Below are positions 16,859 to 26,284 of a stretch of 39,845 nucleotides of DNA, one piece after another. The notes under the pieces are model-generated. The model searched no databases, had not been told where the DNA came from, and was given only the letters and a program-made list of their open reading frames with translations. Numbering within the stretch: the stretch's first letter is position 1; every line of letters starts with the position of its first letter. The translations under genes and the position numbers were made by a program. Origin of the DNA: Escherichia phage vB_EcoP-101120B1-2; the sequence record MZ234022.1; one strand, 5' to 3'.

Positions 16859-17946
16859 TGACAACTATCAAAACTAACCCTCACCGCGCTGTAGATTACT
16901 CTGAGTCTGGAATTAAGAAGGCACTGGAAGCAGCCGGGTCTCTGGAAGCTGAAGTGAAGTACGATGGTGTGCGCCTGAACCTCCTGGTCCTGCGTGAAGG
17001 TGAGACCTACTGGCTTAGCCGCGAGTCGAAACCTCTACCAGCCTTGGAGTGGATGAACTCTGAGTTAGGTAATGCGTGGACCCAAGCTGACTGGCGATGG
17101 TTCCTGCGTCAATCCGGCTACGAAGGTGTGGGCATGATGATTGATGGCGAGGTCATGGTCAAAGGTGTAGACTTCAACACCTCCTCAGGTCTCATCCGAA
17201 CGAAGTGGCTCAAGCCTAACAACGAGGAGTTCGCTGAATACTATTCGCCGGCGACTGGTGGAAAGAAGCTCCCGTTCTGGGGATCCCGGTCACGACTTCA
17301 GGTTGTGGTATATGGCGTTGTCGATATGACAACCATAGCAGACCCGAAAGCAGAAGGTCCTATCCATAGCGTAACCCGCCTGAAGGCTGAAGCTATCGTC
17401 CCTCTCCTCCAGAAATACTTCCCGGAAATCGACTGGGTTCTGTCTGAGTCACACACGGTCTATGACCTTGAGTCGCTCAACTCCCTGTACGAACAGAAGC
17501 GTCTGGAAGGACATGAGGGTCTGGTAGTCAAGGACCCACTGGGTAAGTACAAGCGTGGCAAGAAGTCTGGCATGTGGAAAATGAAGCCTGAGGAGACCAT
17601 CGACGGGACCGTGTGTGGCCTCGTGTGGGGGACTCCTGGTAAGGCTAACGAAGGTAAGGTCATCGGCTTTGAGGTTCTACTGGAGGATGGCATGGTGGTC
17701 AACGCCTGTGGTCTGACTGAAGAACAGAAGGACGAGTTTACGGCTAAGGTCAAGGAGGACACGCTTGCTGCGGTTGGCATCTTTGCGCCGTACGGCATTG
17801 GTGGTAACGAACCTTGCTTCGATAACCCATACGAAGGCTGGCAGTGTGAAGTCCTCTTCATGGAGAGGTTCCCTGATGGCTCCCTTCGTCACCCCAGCTT
17901 CAAGTGCTGGCGTGGAACCGAAGACAACCCAACGGTGAAGTCATGA
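16858..17946 (+). CDS. ATP-dependent DNA ligase (gp1.3 homolog)
   Basis: Adenylation motif EVKYDGVR (KxDG); N-terminus MTTIKTNP matches T7 ligase MMNIKTNP. Start taken at the TAATG overlap with gp1.2 rather than the longer track ORF. Confidence 0.9.
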   Translation: MTTIKTNPHRAVDYSESGIKKALEAAGSLEAEVKYDGVRLNLLVLREGETYWLSRESKPLPALEWMNSELGNAWTQADWRWFLRQSGYEGVGMMIDGEVMVKGVDFNTSSGLIRTKWLKPNNEEFAEYYSPATGGKKLPFWGSRSRLQVVVYGVVDMTTIADPKAEGPIHSVTRLKAEAIVPLLQKYFPEIDWVLSESHTVYDLESLNSLYEQKRLEGHEGLVVKDPLGKYKRGKKSGMWKMKPEETIDGTVCGLVWGTPGKANEGKVIGFEVLLEDGMVVNACGLTEEQKDEFTAKVKEDTLAAVGIFAPYGIGGNEPCFDNPYEGWQCEVLFMERFPDGSLRHPSFKCWRGTEDNPTVKS

Positions 17947-18122
17947 GTACACAACTTTATATCAACATAGCAAGTGGTCAACTCTACGCTGTGGTAAATG
18001 GCGAGCTGTGGTATCGTAAACTCAAGAAGTGGGCCAAGTCCTACTACGATGAAGAGACAATATCAACCATGAGTAATCGCTACCGTAAGGCTGCTAAGGT
18101 GAACAACTTTAAGATGCGTTAA
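17943..18122 (+). CDS. Small hypothetical protein (59 aa) after the ligase
   Basis: ATGA overlap with the ligase stop; MSTQLYINIASGQLYAVVNGELWYRKLKKWAKSYYDEE... Confidence 0.4.
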   Translation: MSTQLYINIASGQLYAVVNGELWYRKLKKWAKSYYDEETISTMSNRYRKAAKVNNFKMR

Positions 18123-18181
18123 CGTCAACCCAGTGGTCTTAGGACTGCTGGGTTTCTTTGCTTCTGGGCCACCAGCTAGAC

Positions 18182-18204
18182 CCTAAGCTATCACTATAGG
18201 ACAA
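18182..18204 (+). promoter_or_regulatory. Phage RNA polymerase promoter (phi1.5/1.6 position), CCTAAGCTATCACTATAGGACAA
   Basis: Core CTATCACTATAGG with one upstream substitution. Confidence 0.7.
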
Positions 18205-18230
18205 CCCTAACCGACCAAAGGAGAAACCTT

Positions 18231-18485
18231 ATGTCTAAAAACTTAATGTTCAACCGATCTACTCGAAGCTTCCACCTGTCGCATAGCCCATTCAGCTTCC
18301 ATAAAGCTAATCAACCATTACCCCGCTTTGGTAAGACAGTGGCTCTGTCTCCAGCAGTTCATGCGCTAGTCACCCGCAAGTCTATGCTGAAGGCTATGGA
18401 TAAAGAACAAGTTGATGTGCCTGTGGTCATTACAAAATGGCCTCGCATTAAGCTGGCACTTCTGGTAATTAAGGAGGCGCTCTGA
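18231..18485 (+). CDS. Hypothetical protein (84 aa), gp1.6-like by position
   Basis: SD AAAGGAGA upstream of ATG; assignment by position only. Confidence 0.5.
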   Translation: MSKNLMFNRSTRSFHLSHSPFSFHKANQPLPRFGKTVALSPAVHALVTRKSMLKAMDKEQVDVPVVITKWPRIKLALLVIKEAL

Positions 18486-18817
18486 TGACATACTGTGATA
18501 GCACCACATACTGTGAAGCGTGTAATGGTGACGACCGCTTCCCGCACGTTGGTAAACTTGTAGGTAACAAACTACAAGAAATTGATGACGTCCGCAAGCC
18601 GTCCCACTATCAGGTCTTTGATAGCGTGGAATCCATTGAGATTATCGCACGGTCAATGACTGTGAGTGAGTTCCGTGGGTTCTGCATGGGTAACGTCCTG
18701 AAGTATCGACTCCGGGCTGGTAAGAAGTCCGAACTGGCTACTATGGAGAAGGACCTGAACAAAGCATCCTTCTATCAGAAGCTGTTCGACTTGCATAAAG
18801 GTAAGTGCTATGCTTAA
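18485..18817 (+). CDS. gp1.7-like nucleotide kinase, short form (110 aa)
   Basis: C-terminal KPSHYQVFDSVESIEIIARSMTVSEFRGFCMGNVLKYRLRAGKKSELATMEKDLNKASFYQKLFDLHKGKCYA matches the T7 gp1.7 C-terminus; N-terminal region shorter than the 196-aa T7 protein. Confidence 0.8.
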   Translation: MTYCDSTTYCEACNGDDRFPHVGKLVGNKLQEIDDVRKPSHYQVFDSVESIEIIARSMTVSEFRGFCMGNVLKYRLRAGKKSELATMEKDLNKASFYQKLFDLHKGKCYA

Positions 18818-18992
18818 TGATATTGTGTATTACTGTGTAGTATGCGCCGGAGTTGGAGCACTAATCCTTTTAATATATTGGGCCATAGAGGTGTAATATG
18901 GAAAAGCCGAGTGAGTGGTGCGAGCGTAAATTTGAGGAGACAGGTAACGTCGATTACCTTCAGCTCTACAACTTATGGAAGGAGCGTGGTCT

Positions 18993-19151
18993 ATGACTGA
19001 CGTAGAGAAGAAGTACATCGTGGAGCTTGAGGGTCGCATTCAGTCCTTCGAGGTTCCGGTGTACGCAAAGTCTCTTGAAGAGGCTACCCTGAAGTCCCAA
19101 GAGTATGAGGACGCTGGGTTTGTGGTCGGACGGATTCGCCCTGAGACCTAA
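18993..19151 (+). CDS. gp2 homolog (inhibitor of host RNA polymerase), 52 aa
   Basis: [33 protein letters not shown] matches T7 gp2 [42 protein letters not shown]. Below the track threshold. Confidence 0.75.
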   Translation: MTDVEKKYIVELEGRIQSFEVPVYAKSLEEATLKSQEYEDAGFVVGRIRPET

Positions 19152-19169
19152 ACTATCACTGTAGGACAG
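19147..19169 (+). promoter_or_regulatory. Phage RNA polymerase promoter variant (phi2.5 position), CTAAACTATCACTGTAGGACAGA
   Basis: Core with A to G change (CACTGTAGG instead of CACTATAGG). Confidence 0.6.
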
Positions 19170-19208
19170 ACGTCCAGTTCGTAACTTTAAATTAGGAGAT
19201 TTACACCA

Positions 19209-19907
19209 ATGGCTAAAGAGCAACTGAAGACTTTCACCACTCCGGTAGCTGGTATCGTTGAGCCTTACGCATGGCTGAACAAAGCAGACACCAAGTTTAA
19301 TGAACGTGGTGAGCATAAGGTTAACCTGACATTCGACCTGAGCAACCCGAAGGTCCGTAAGATGATTGATGTCTTACAGAAGATTCACGACGATGCGTAT
19401 GCGAAAGCACTCGCAGACCACGAGAAGAACCCACCTCAGGTTCAGCGTGGCAAGAAGCCTATTGAACCACGAGAGGGCGACATGCCGTGGATTGAGAATG
19501 GGGACGGTACTGTTACCATGAAGTTTAAATGCTTTGCGTCTTACCTGAAAGACGGCAAGTCAGAGCCTATCGTATTACGGTTCTACGACACTGATGCTAA
19601 GTTAATCCGTGACGTCCCGAATATTGGCGCTGGCTCCAAACTGAAGGTCAAGTTCAAAGTCCTGCCGTTCAAGTGGAACGCTGCGACTGGTGCAAGCGTT
19701 AAGCTCCAGCTTGAGTCCTGCCGTCTGGTAGAACTGAAGGAGTGGAAAGGTGATGGTGCTGGTGGTGATGGTGGCTGGGGTGACGATGAAGACCTCGGTA
19801 CTGGGTACAAAGCGTCAACCGATGGTGACTTCGGGTCTGATGACTTCGGTGACGATGGTTCCGAAGGTGGTGACGACTCCAGCTCTGGTGGCGATTACGA
19901 CTTCTAA
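19209..19907 (+). CDS. Single-stranded DNA-binding protein (gp2.5 homolog)
   Basis: 232 aa; FKCFASYLKDG, GAGSKLKVKFKVLPFKWNAATGASVKLQLES match T7 gp2.5; acidic tail ending DYDF. Confidence 0.95.
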   Translation: MAKEQLKTFTTPVAGIVEPYAWLNKADTKFNERGEHKVNLTFDLSNPKVRKMIDVLQKIHDDAYAKALADHEKNPPQVQRGKKPIEPREGDMPWIENGDGTVTMKFKCFASYLKDGKSEPIVLRFYDTDAKLIRDVPNIGAGSKLKVKFKVLPFKWNAATGASVKLQLESCRLVELKEWKGDGAGGDGGWGDDEDLGTGYKASTDGDFGSDDFGDDGSEGGDDSSSGGDYDF

Positions 19908-20362
19908 TGGCCCAATGGTCTGCAAAACGGGGGCACTCTGTGGGTGCCTACCGCTCTGGACTTGAAGCCAAGAACCAGCAGTGGCTGGAACAGAACGGCG
20001 TCAAAGCGGAGTACGAAAGCCATTATATCAACTATGTGATTCCGGCTTCCGACCACAAGTACACACCAGATTTTATCCTTCCCAACGGTATCATCGTGGA
20101 GACCAAAGGTATCTTCGATAGTGATGACCGTAAGAAGCACCTTCTGGTACGAGAACAGCACCCAGAGTTAGACATCCGGTTCGTGTTCTCAAGTTCACGC
20201 TCCAAGCTATACAAAGGGTCCCCGACCACGTATGGCGCATGGTGCGAAAAGAACGGCTTTAAGTTTGCCGACAAGTTTATCCCTGTTGAGTGGCTGCGAG
20301 AGGCGACTGTACGTCTGCCTTCAGGTATACTCATTCCCAAGAAGAAAGGAGTTAAGAAATGA
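19907..20362 (+). CDS. Endonuclease I (gp3 homolog, Holliday-junction resolvase)
   Basis: VIPASDHKYTPDFILPNGIIVETKG...DDRKKHLLVREQHPELDIRFVFSSSRSKLYKGSPTTYG matches T7 endonuclease I. Confidence 0.95.
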   Translation: MAQWSAKRGHSVGAYRSGLEAKNQQWLEQNGVKAEYESHYINYVIPASDHKYTPDFILPNGIIVETKGIFDSDDRKKHLLVREQHPELDIRFVFSSSRSKLYKGSPTTYGAWCEKNGFKFADKFIPVEWLREATVRLPSGILIPKKKGVKK

Positions 20363-20850
20363 GCCAGAAGTTTAAACTGTTAGTAGATATATATGGTTGG
20401 CCTCGTGGGACTATCGTTACCAAGTGTAAGAAGGACCCAGCTCCGTTGCCTACCCTTACCCTAGTTGAGTGCCAGACTCCAGGCAAATACAAACATGGGC
20501 CTAACGGCTTCAATACTCAGCCTAAGGGCATGTGGGGAGCATGGATTGCTGACAGATATCTTGAGGAAATCAAACCAGAAGAGGAACTCACTGGTGTACA
20601 GACCACTCAAGTCCTTCCAGCTTCGAGCGTACCTCCTGTGACAGTGAAACGCGAAGTCCTGACCATCGACAAGATTGGTGTAGGCCAGACGTTCATCGTC
20701 CATGGAAAGCCTGAAGAAGTTTACGTGAAGATTAGCAACTCACACGTCTTCAACCATAAGCATCTCCAGATGCACACCACGGACGCACAACGCTTCACCC
20801 AGCACCTGAATCTGGTTGTCGTAGAATTGGTGGTGTACAATGGTAAGTAA
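20359..20850 (+). CDS. Hypothetical protein (163 aa) inserted between the endonuclease I and amidase genes
   Basis: SD AAAGGAG upstream of ATG, translationally coupled on both sides; no T7 gene at this position; no motif recognised. Confidence 0.6.
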   Translation: MSQKFKLLVDIYGWPRGTIVTKCKKDPAPLPTLTLVECQTPGKYKHGPNGFNTQPKGMWGAWIADRYLEEIKPEEELTGVQTTQVLPASSVPPVTVKREVLTIDKIGVGQTFIVHGKPEEVYVKISNSHVFNHKHLQMHTTDAQRFTQHLNLVVVELVVYNGK

Positions 20851-21298
20851 GGTACAGTTCAATCCACGGTCCCGGACCGACGCTATCTTCGTTCACTGTT
20901 CGGCTACCAAGCCAGAGATGGACATCGGGGTAGAGACCATCCGTATGTGGCACAAGCAGCAAGGCTGGCTGGACGTAGGCTACCACTTTATCATCAAGCG
21001 CGATGGTACTGTGGAAGAGGGACGCCCTGTCAATGTCGTAGGGTCACACGTTAAGGACTGGAACTCACGGTCTGTAGGCGTCTGCCTTGTAGGTGGAATT
21101 GACGCTAAGGGCAAGTTTGAAGCTAACTTCACTCCAGCCCAGATGAACTCCCTGCGCAACAAGCTGGCTGACCTGAAGGACTTGTATCCTCAGGCAGAAA
21201 TCAAGGCTCACCACGATGTAGCACCAAAGGCTTGCCCAAGTTTCGACTTGCAGCGCTGGCTTAACACTAACGAACTGGTCACTTCCGACCGAGGCTAA
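20840..21298 (+). CDS. N-acetylmuramoyl-L-alanine amidase / T7-type lysozyme (gp3.5 homolog)
   Basis: TDAIFVHCSATKP, GWLDVGYHFIIKRDGTVEEGR, GVCLVGGIDAKGKFEANFTPAQMNSLR, HHDVAPKACPSFDL, ELVTSDRG match T7 lysozyme. Confidence 0.95.
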   Translation: MVSKVQFNPRSRTDAIFVHCSATKPEMDIGVETIRMWHKQQGWLDVGYHFIIKRDGTVEEGRPVNVVGSHVKDWNSRSVGVCLVGGIDAKGKFEANFTPAQMNSLRNKLADLKDLYPQAEIKAHHDVAPKACPSFDLQRWLNTNELVTSDRG

Positions 21299-21312
21299 TA
21301 AGGAGAATTAAC

Positions 21313-21525
21313 ATGATTAAACTTATTGAATTTCTGGGTCGTCTGGTTGTGCGTGGCTATTCTCGTGCTGCGAGTGTGGAACGAAAAGTCGCATCTGCTG
21401 CGGCTAAAGGTGCGGAAGCGGCTGCTGCGGAAGCGGATAGTCTGCGCATCAAGTCTCTGGACGCTGGCCTACGTGCCAAAGGTCTTGACAAGAAAGCCGA
21501 GCAACTGAAAGGCTTCTTCAGCTAA
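21313..21525 (+). CDS. Hypothetical Ala-rich protein (70 aa) after the amidase gene
   Basis: SD AAGGAGA upstream of ATG; N-terminal hydrophobic segment then AAAKGAEAAAAEADSL... Confidence 0.45.
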   Translation: MIKLIEFLGRLVVRGYSRAASVERKVASAAAKGAEAAAAEADSLRIKSLDAGLRAKGLDKKAEQLKGFFS

Positions 21526-21542
21526 ACTATCACCTTAGGGAT
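21520..21542 (+). promoter_or_regulatory. Phage RNA polymerase promoter variant (phi3.8/4 position), CTAAACTATCACCTTAGGGATG
   Basis: Core with two substitutions (CACCTTAGG), probably weaker. Confidence 0.5.
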
Positions 21543-21588
21543 GAGACCACGGGTCTTGTCCCTTTGTTCGCATTTGAGATTAAGAAAT

Positions 21589-21667
21589 GTCTCCATAGCT
21601 CAAACGGTAGAGCGGTGGGTCGTGATGGCCTATTGCGATTAGGGTTCGAATCCCCGTGGAGACGCCA
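21589..21667 (+). tRNA. tRNA-like element: canonical acceptor stem, D-arm, T-arm and 3' CCA, but a non-canonical anticodon region (possible degenerate tRNA or tRNA-like processing signal)
   Basis: GTCTCCA (21589-95) pairs perfectly with TGGAGAC (21657-63), followed by G and CCA. D-arm GCTC-AAACGGTA-GAGC. T-arm TAGGG-TTCGAAT-CCCCG with one A-C mismatch. No 5-bp stem with a 7-nt loop and U33 could be folded in the intervening 26 nt. Confidence 0.4.
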
Positions 21668-21678
21668 CTAAGGAGTGA

Positions 21679-23382
<1,704 letters not shown>

Positions 23383-23393
23383 GGAGGAGTACA

Positions 23394-23558
23394 TTGCTAA
23401 GAAAACTTAAAGCTCGCTACCATCGGTTCATGTACAAATGGTGGAGCGATGAAGCAACCTGCCTGTCGAACATTCTGGGAGACCAGCGGTTCAACTCTGA
23501 GGCATGGAAGAAAGCTAACCGGAAGTTCATGTATCACTTCTTGCGTACAGACTTCTAG
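23394..23558 (+). CDS. Small hypothetical protein (about 54 aa), gp4.x-like by position; TTG start inferred
   Basis: Strong SD AAGGAGG 7 nt upstream of TTG at 23394; in-frame alternative ATG at 23430; the track ORF starts at GTG 23361 inside gp4. Confidence 0.35.
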   Translation: MLRKLKARYHRFMYKWWSDEATCLSNILGDQRFNSEAWKKANRKFMYHFLRTDF

Positions 23559-23561
23559 GTC

Positions 23562-23602
23562 TAGACTCAAGGTCATTCATAGCGAGTGGCCTTTATGATT
23601 AG
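23562..23602 (+). promoter_or_regulatory. Conserved RNA hairpin, late family copy 3 (candidate RNase III site, R4.7 position)
   Basis: TAGACTCAAGGTCATTCATAGCGAGTGGCCTTTATGATTAG; stem AAGGUCA/UGGCCUU. Confidence 0.45.
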
Positions 23603-23622
23603 ACTAAAGCGGAGGATTAACC

Positions 23623-25794
23623 ATGTTTGACCTTAAGAGTATCTGGGGTTCTGACATCGAGACCAACGGTCTCCTTGATACAGTCTCCCAGTTTCACTGT
23701 GGGGTCCTGATTAACGCCGAGTCGAATGAGACCCTTAAGTATGGGGTAGCTCCGATGGTCGGTATCGTCGGCGGCTTCAAAGAGTATGTTCATAAAGTGG
23801 AAGAGATTGCCGCATCACCTGATGGTATGCTGGTATTCCATAACGGTATCAACTATGACGTCCCGGCTATAGACAAGCTGAAGCGTTTGTACTTTGGGAA
23901 ACGCTTTAACTTCCCGAAACATAAGATGATTGATACCTTGGTGCTGGGACGCTTGATGTATCCAAACATTAAGTTCTCAGACATGGGCGCGGTGAAAGCT
24001 GGTCGTCTGCCACCTAAGATGATGGGACGCCAGTCTCTTGAGGCTTGGGGCTATCGTCTCGGTGAGATGAAAGGTGAGTACAAACACGATTACGTTGCCA
24101 AGTGCAAGGCTGAAGGTATCGAATATAAGGCTGGGGACGAATGGTTGTTCCCGTCTCAGGAGATGCTGGACTATAACGTTCAAGACGTTGTGGTCACACT
24201 GGCGTTGTTCAAGAAGTTCCTGACTGACAAGTATTACTTCCAGTCTGAACAGTTCGCTTTCGACCAGATTTATGCGTTGCGTCTGGAACATGATGCTGCG
24301 TGGACCTGTGCGAAGATGGAGCGTAATGGCTATCCGATGAACACCGAGATGGTCGAAGGCTTATATCGTGAACTCACTGTCAAACGAGCAGAGTTGCTGG
24401 ACAAGCTGCGTTCGACTTTCGGTAGCTGGTACGCACCAAAGGGAGGCAAGGAGTTCTTCAGGCATCCACGGACAGGTAAGGACCTTCCGAAGTATCCGAG
24501 GGTCGTGTATCCTAAGGTCGGTGGCATCTTTAAGAAGCCGAAGAACAAAGCTCAACGCTTAGGTCTTGAACCTTGTGAACGCGATACGCGAGACACGATG
24601 GAAGGAGCACCATTCACGCCAATCACTTACGTTGAGTTTAATCCGGGAAGCGGAGACCACTTAGCGAAAGTCCTGATGGAGCGTGGCTGGGAGCCTGTTG
24701 ACTTCACTGACACCGGGAAACCTGTAGTCGATGACGAGACGTTGGAACACGTTAAGTTACCAGACGCAGAGGCTCAGGCTTGCGTAGAGCTGGTCCGTGA
24801 GTATCTGGTAGTCCAGAAGCGCATCGGTCAGGCGGCTGAAGGTAAGAACGCATGGTTGAAACTTGTAGGTCCAGACGGACGGATGCACGGCTCAATAAAC
24901 CCATGCGGGGCAGTAACCGGACGTGCGACCCATAGTTCACCAAACATGGCTCAGGTCCCGGCTAACGGTGCTCCATATGGTGAGACTTGCCGTGGTGCTT
25001 TCGGTGCAGCGTGGAACAAGAAGGACGGTAAGCCAGACCCTTGGATTCAAGTTGGTGTGGATGCCTCAGGTCTTGAGCTTCGTTGTCTTGGGAACAGAGC
25101 GGCTCCGTTTGATGGTGGTGCATATGCGAAGACTGTGGTAGAAGGTGACATCCACTGGGCCAACGCAGTAAACGCTGGGTTAGCACCTAACGTCCAACGC
25201 GATAAGTCTAACCACGACCATGAGGCTTTCCGTAACAACGCTAAGACGTTCATCTACGCGTTCCTGTATGGTGCAGGGGCCGCTAAGATTGGACTGATAG
25301 TAGGCGGTGGTAAGAAGGAAGGTTCAGCGCTCATGAAGAAATTCATTGAGGGTACACCAGCTATCAAGGACCTCAGGGAAGCTGTAAGTAATACGTTAAT
25401 CTCAGACTCTAAGTGGGTGGACGGAGAGAACATCGTTAAATGGAAACGCCGTTGGTTGCGTGGACTCGATGGTCGCCGTATACACATACGGTCTCCACAC
25501 TCAGCACTGAACGCATTACTTCAAGGTGATGGTGCGGTAGTATGTAAGCACTGGATTGTTGAGACTGAACGTATGCTCGAAGAGGCCGGGTATGTCCACG
25601 GCTGGGAAGGAGACTTTGCGTACATGGCATGGGTCCACGACGAATTGCAGATTGCAGCTCGGAACATGGAGATTGCCGAAGATATTCGCAGGATTGCTCA
25701 ACTTGCTATGCGTAAGGTGGGTGAGTTCTATAACTTTAAATGTGTCCTTGATACTGAAGGTAAGATTGGACCAACTTGGAAGGAGTGTCACTAA
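23623..25794 (+). CDS. DNA polymerase (gp5 homolog, family A with 3'-5' exonuclease)
   Basis: 723 aa; DIETNGL, FHNGINYDVPA, LEAWGYRLGEMKGEYK, YNVQDVVVT, GAVTGRATHSSPNMAQVP, KTFIYAFLYGAG, WVHDELQ, all collinear with T7 gp5. Confidence 0.98.
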   Translation: MFDLKSIWGSDIETNGLLDTVSQFHCGVLINAESNETLKYGVAPMVGIVGGFKEYVHKVEEIAASPDGMLVFHNGINYDVPAIDKLKRLYFGKRFNFPKHKMIDTLVLGRLMYPNIKFSDMGAVKAGRLPPKMMGRQSLEAWGYRLGEMKGEYKHDYVAKCKAEGIEYKAGDEWLFPSQEMLDYNVQDVVVTLALFKKFLTDKYYFQSEQFAFDQIYALRLEHDAAWTCAKMERNGYPMNTEMVEGLYRELTVKRAELLDKLRSTFGSWYAPKGGKEFFRHPRTGKDLPKYPRVVYPKVGGIFKKPKNKAQRLGLEPCERDTRDTMEGAPFTPITYVEFNPGSGDHLAKVLMERGWEPVDFTDTGKPVVDDETLEHVKLPDAEAQACVELVREYLVVQKRIGQAAEGKNAWLKLVGPDGRMHGSINPCGAVTGRATHSSPNMAQVPANGAPYGETCRGAFGAAWNKKDGKPDPWIQVGVDASGLELRCLGNRAAPFDGGAYAKTVVEGDIHWANAVNAGLAPNVQRDKSNHDHEAFRNNAKTFIYAFLYGAGAAKIGLIVGGGKKEGSALMKKFIEGTPAIKDLREAVSNTLISDSKWVDGENIVKWKRRWLRGLDGRRIHIRSPHSALNALLQGDGAVVCKHWIVETERMLEEAGYVHGWEGDFAYMAWVHDELQIAARNMEIAEDIRRIAQLAMRKVGEFYNFKCVLDTEGKIGPTWKECH

Positions 25795-26078
25795 TGGCTA
25801 TTACTAAACGTATTCGTGTGAGTTTTGATCTGAAGATGGTTGCTAACTCAAAGGAAGAAGATACCATGTGTCGCCAACTGGCTGATATGACTAAAGCCTA
25901 CGCTGAGGGTGAGAAGCTGGATGGTCTTCAGTTGGCTCTGGTCAAAACCGCAATCGAGTCAGGCCCTGAGTCTGCCCTTGAAATTGCCCTCAAGAAGACC
26001 ATCAAGGAGAAGCTGGTAGACGACTTTGGTTATGGCCAGTTCGGAGTATCTAACCTGCGATTCGAGGTCAAGCAATGA
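25794..26078 (+). CDS. gp5.5-like protein (94 aa)
   Basis: TAATG overlap with the gp5 stop; [22 protein letters not shown]... at the T7 gene 5.5 position. Confidence 0.6.
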   Translation: [94 protein letters not shown]

Positions 26079-26284
26079 GTGAATACTTACGGGTCCTAGC
26101 GGCCCTTAAGTCCTGCCCGAAGACCTTCCAGTCCAACTATGTGCGCAACAACGCTGCACTTGTGGCTGAGGCTGCGAGTCGTGGACATCTAAGCTGCCTG
26201 TCTATGGATGGGCGTAACAACGGTGCGTGGGAGATTACCGCTGCTGGCACCAAGTTCCTGAACCAACACGGAGGATGCCTGTGA
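26075..26284 (+). CDS. gp5.7 homolog
   Basis: MSEYLRVLAALKSCPKTFQSNYVRNNAALVAEAASRGHLSCLS...GAWEITAAGTKFL matches T7 gp5.7 MSDYLKVLQAIKSCPKTFQSNYVRNNASLVAEAASRGHISCLS; identical length (69 aa). Confidence 0.9.
   Translation: MSEYLRVLAALKSCPKTFQSNYVRNNAALVAEAASRGHLSCLSMDGRNNGAWEITAAGTKFLNQHGGCL

Noticed and set aside
21589-21667. Calling the tRNA-like element a specific tRNA isotype
   Set aside because: No canonical anticodon stem-loop could be folded, so no anticodon can be assigned from sequence alone.
26227-26280. Longer N-terminal extension of the exonuclease gene (track start at GTG 26227)
   Set aside because: No SD upstream of 26227 and it would overlap gp5.7 by 58 nt; ATG 26275 or GTG 26281 follow a GGAGGA SD and give a protein closer to the T7 gp6 N-terminus.
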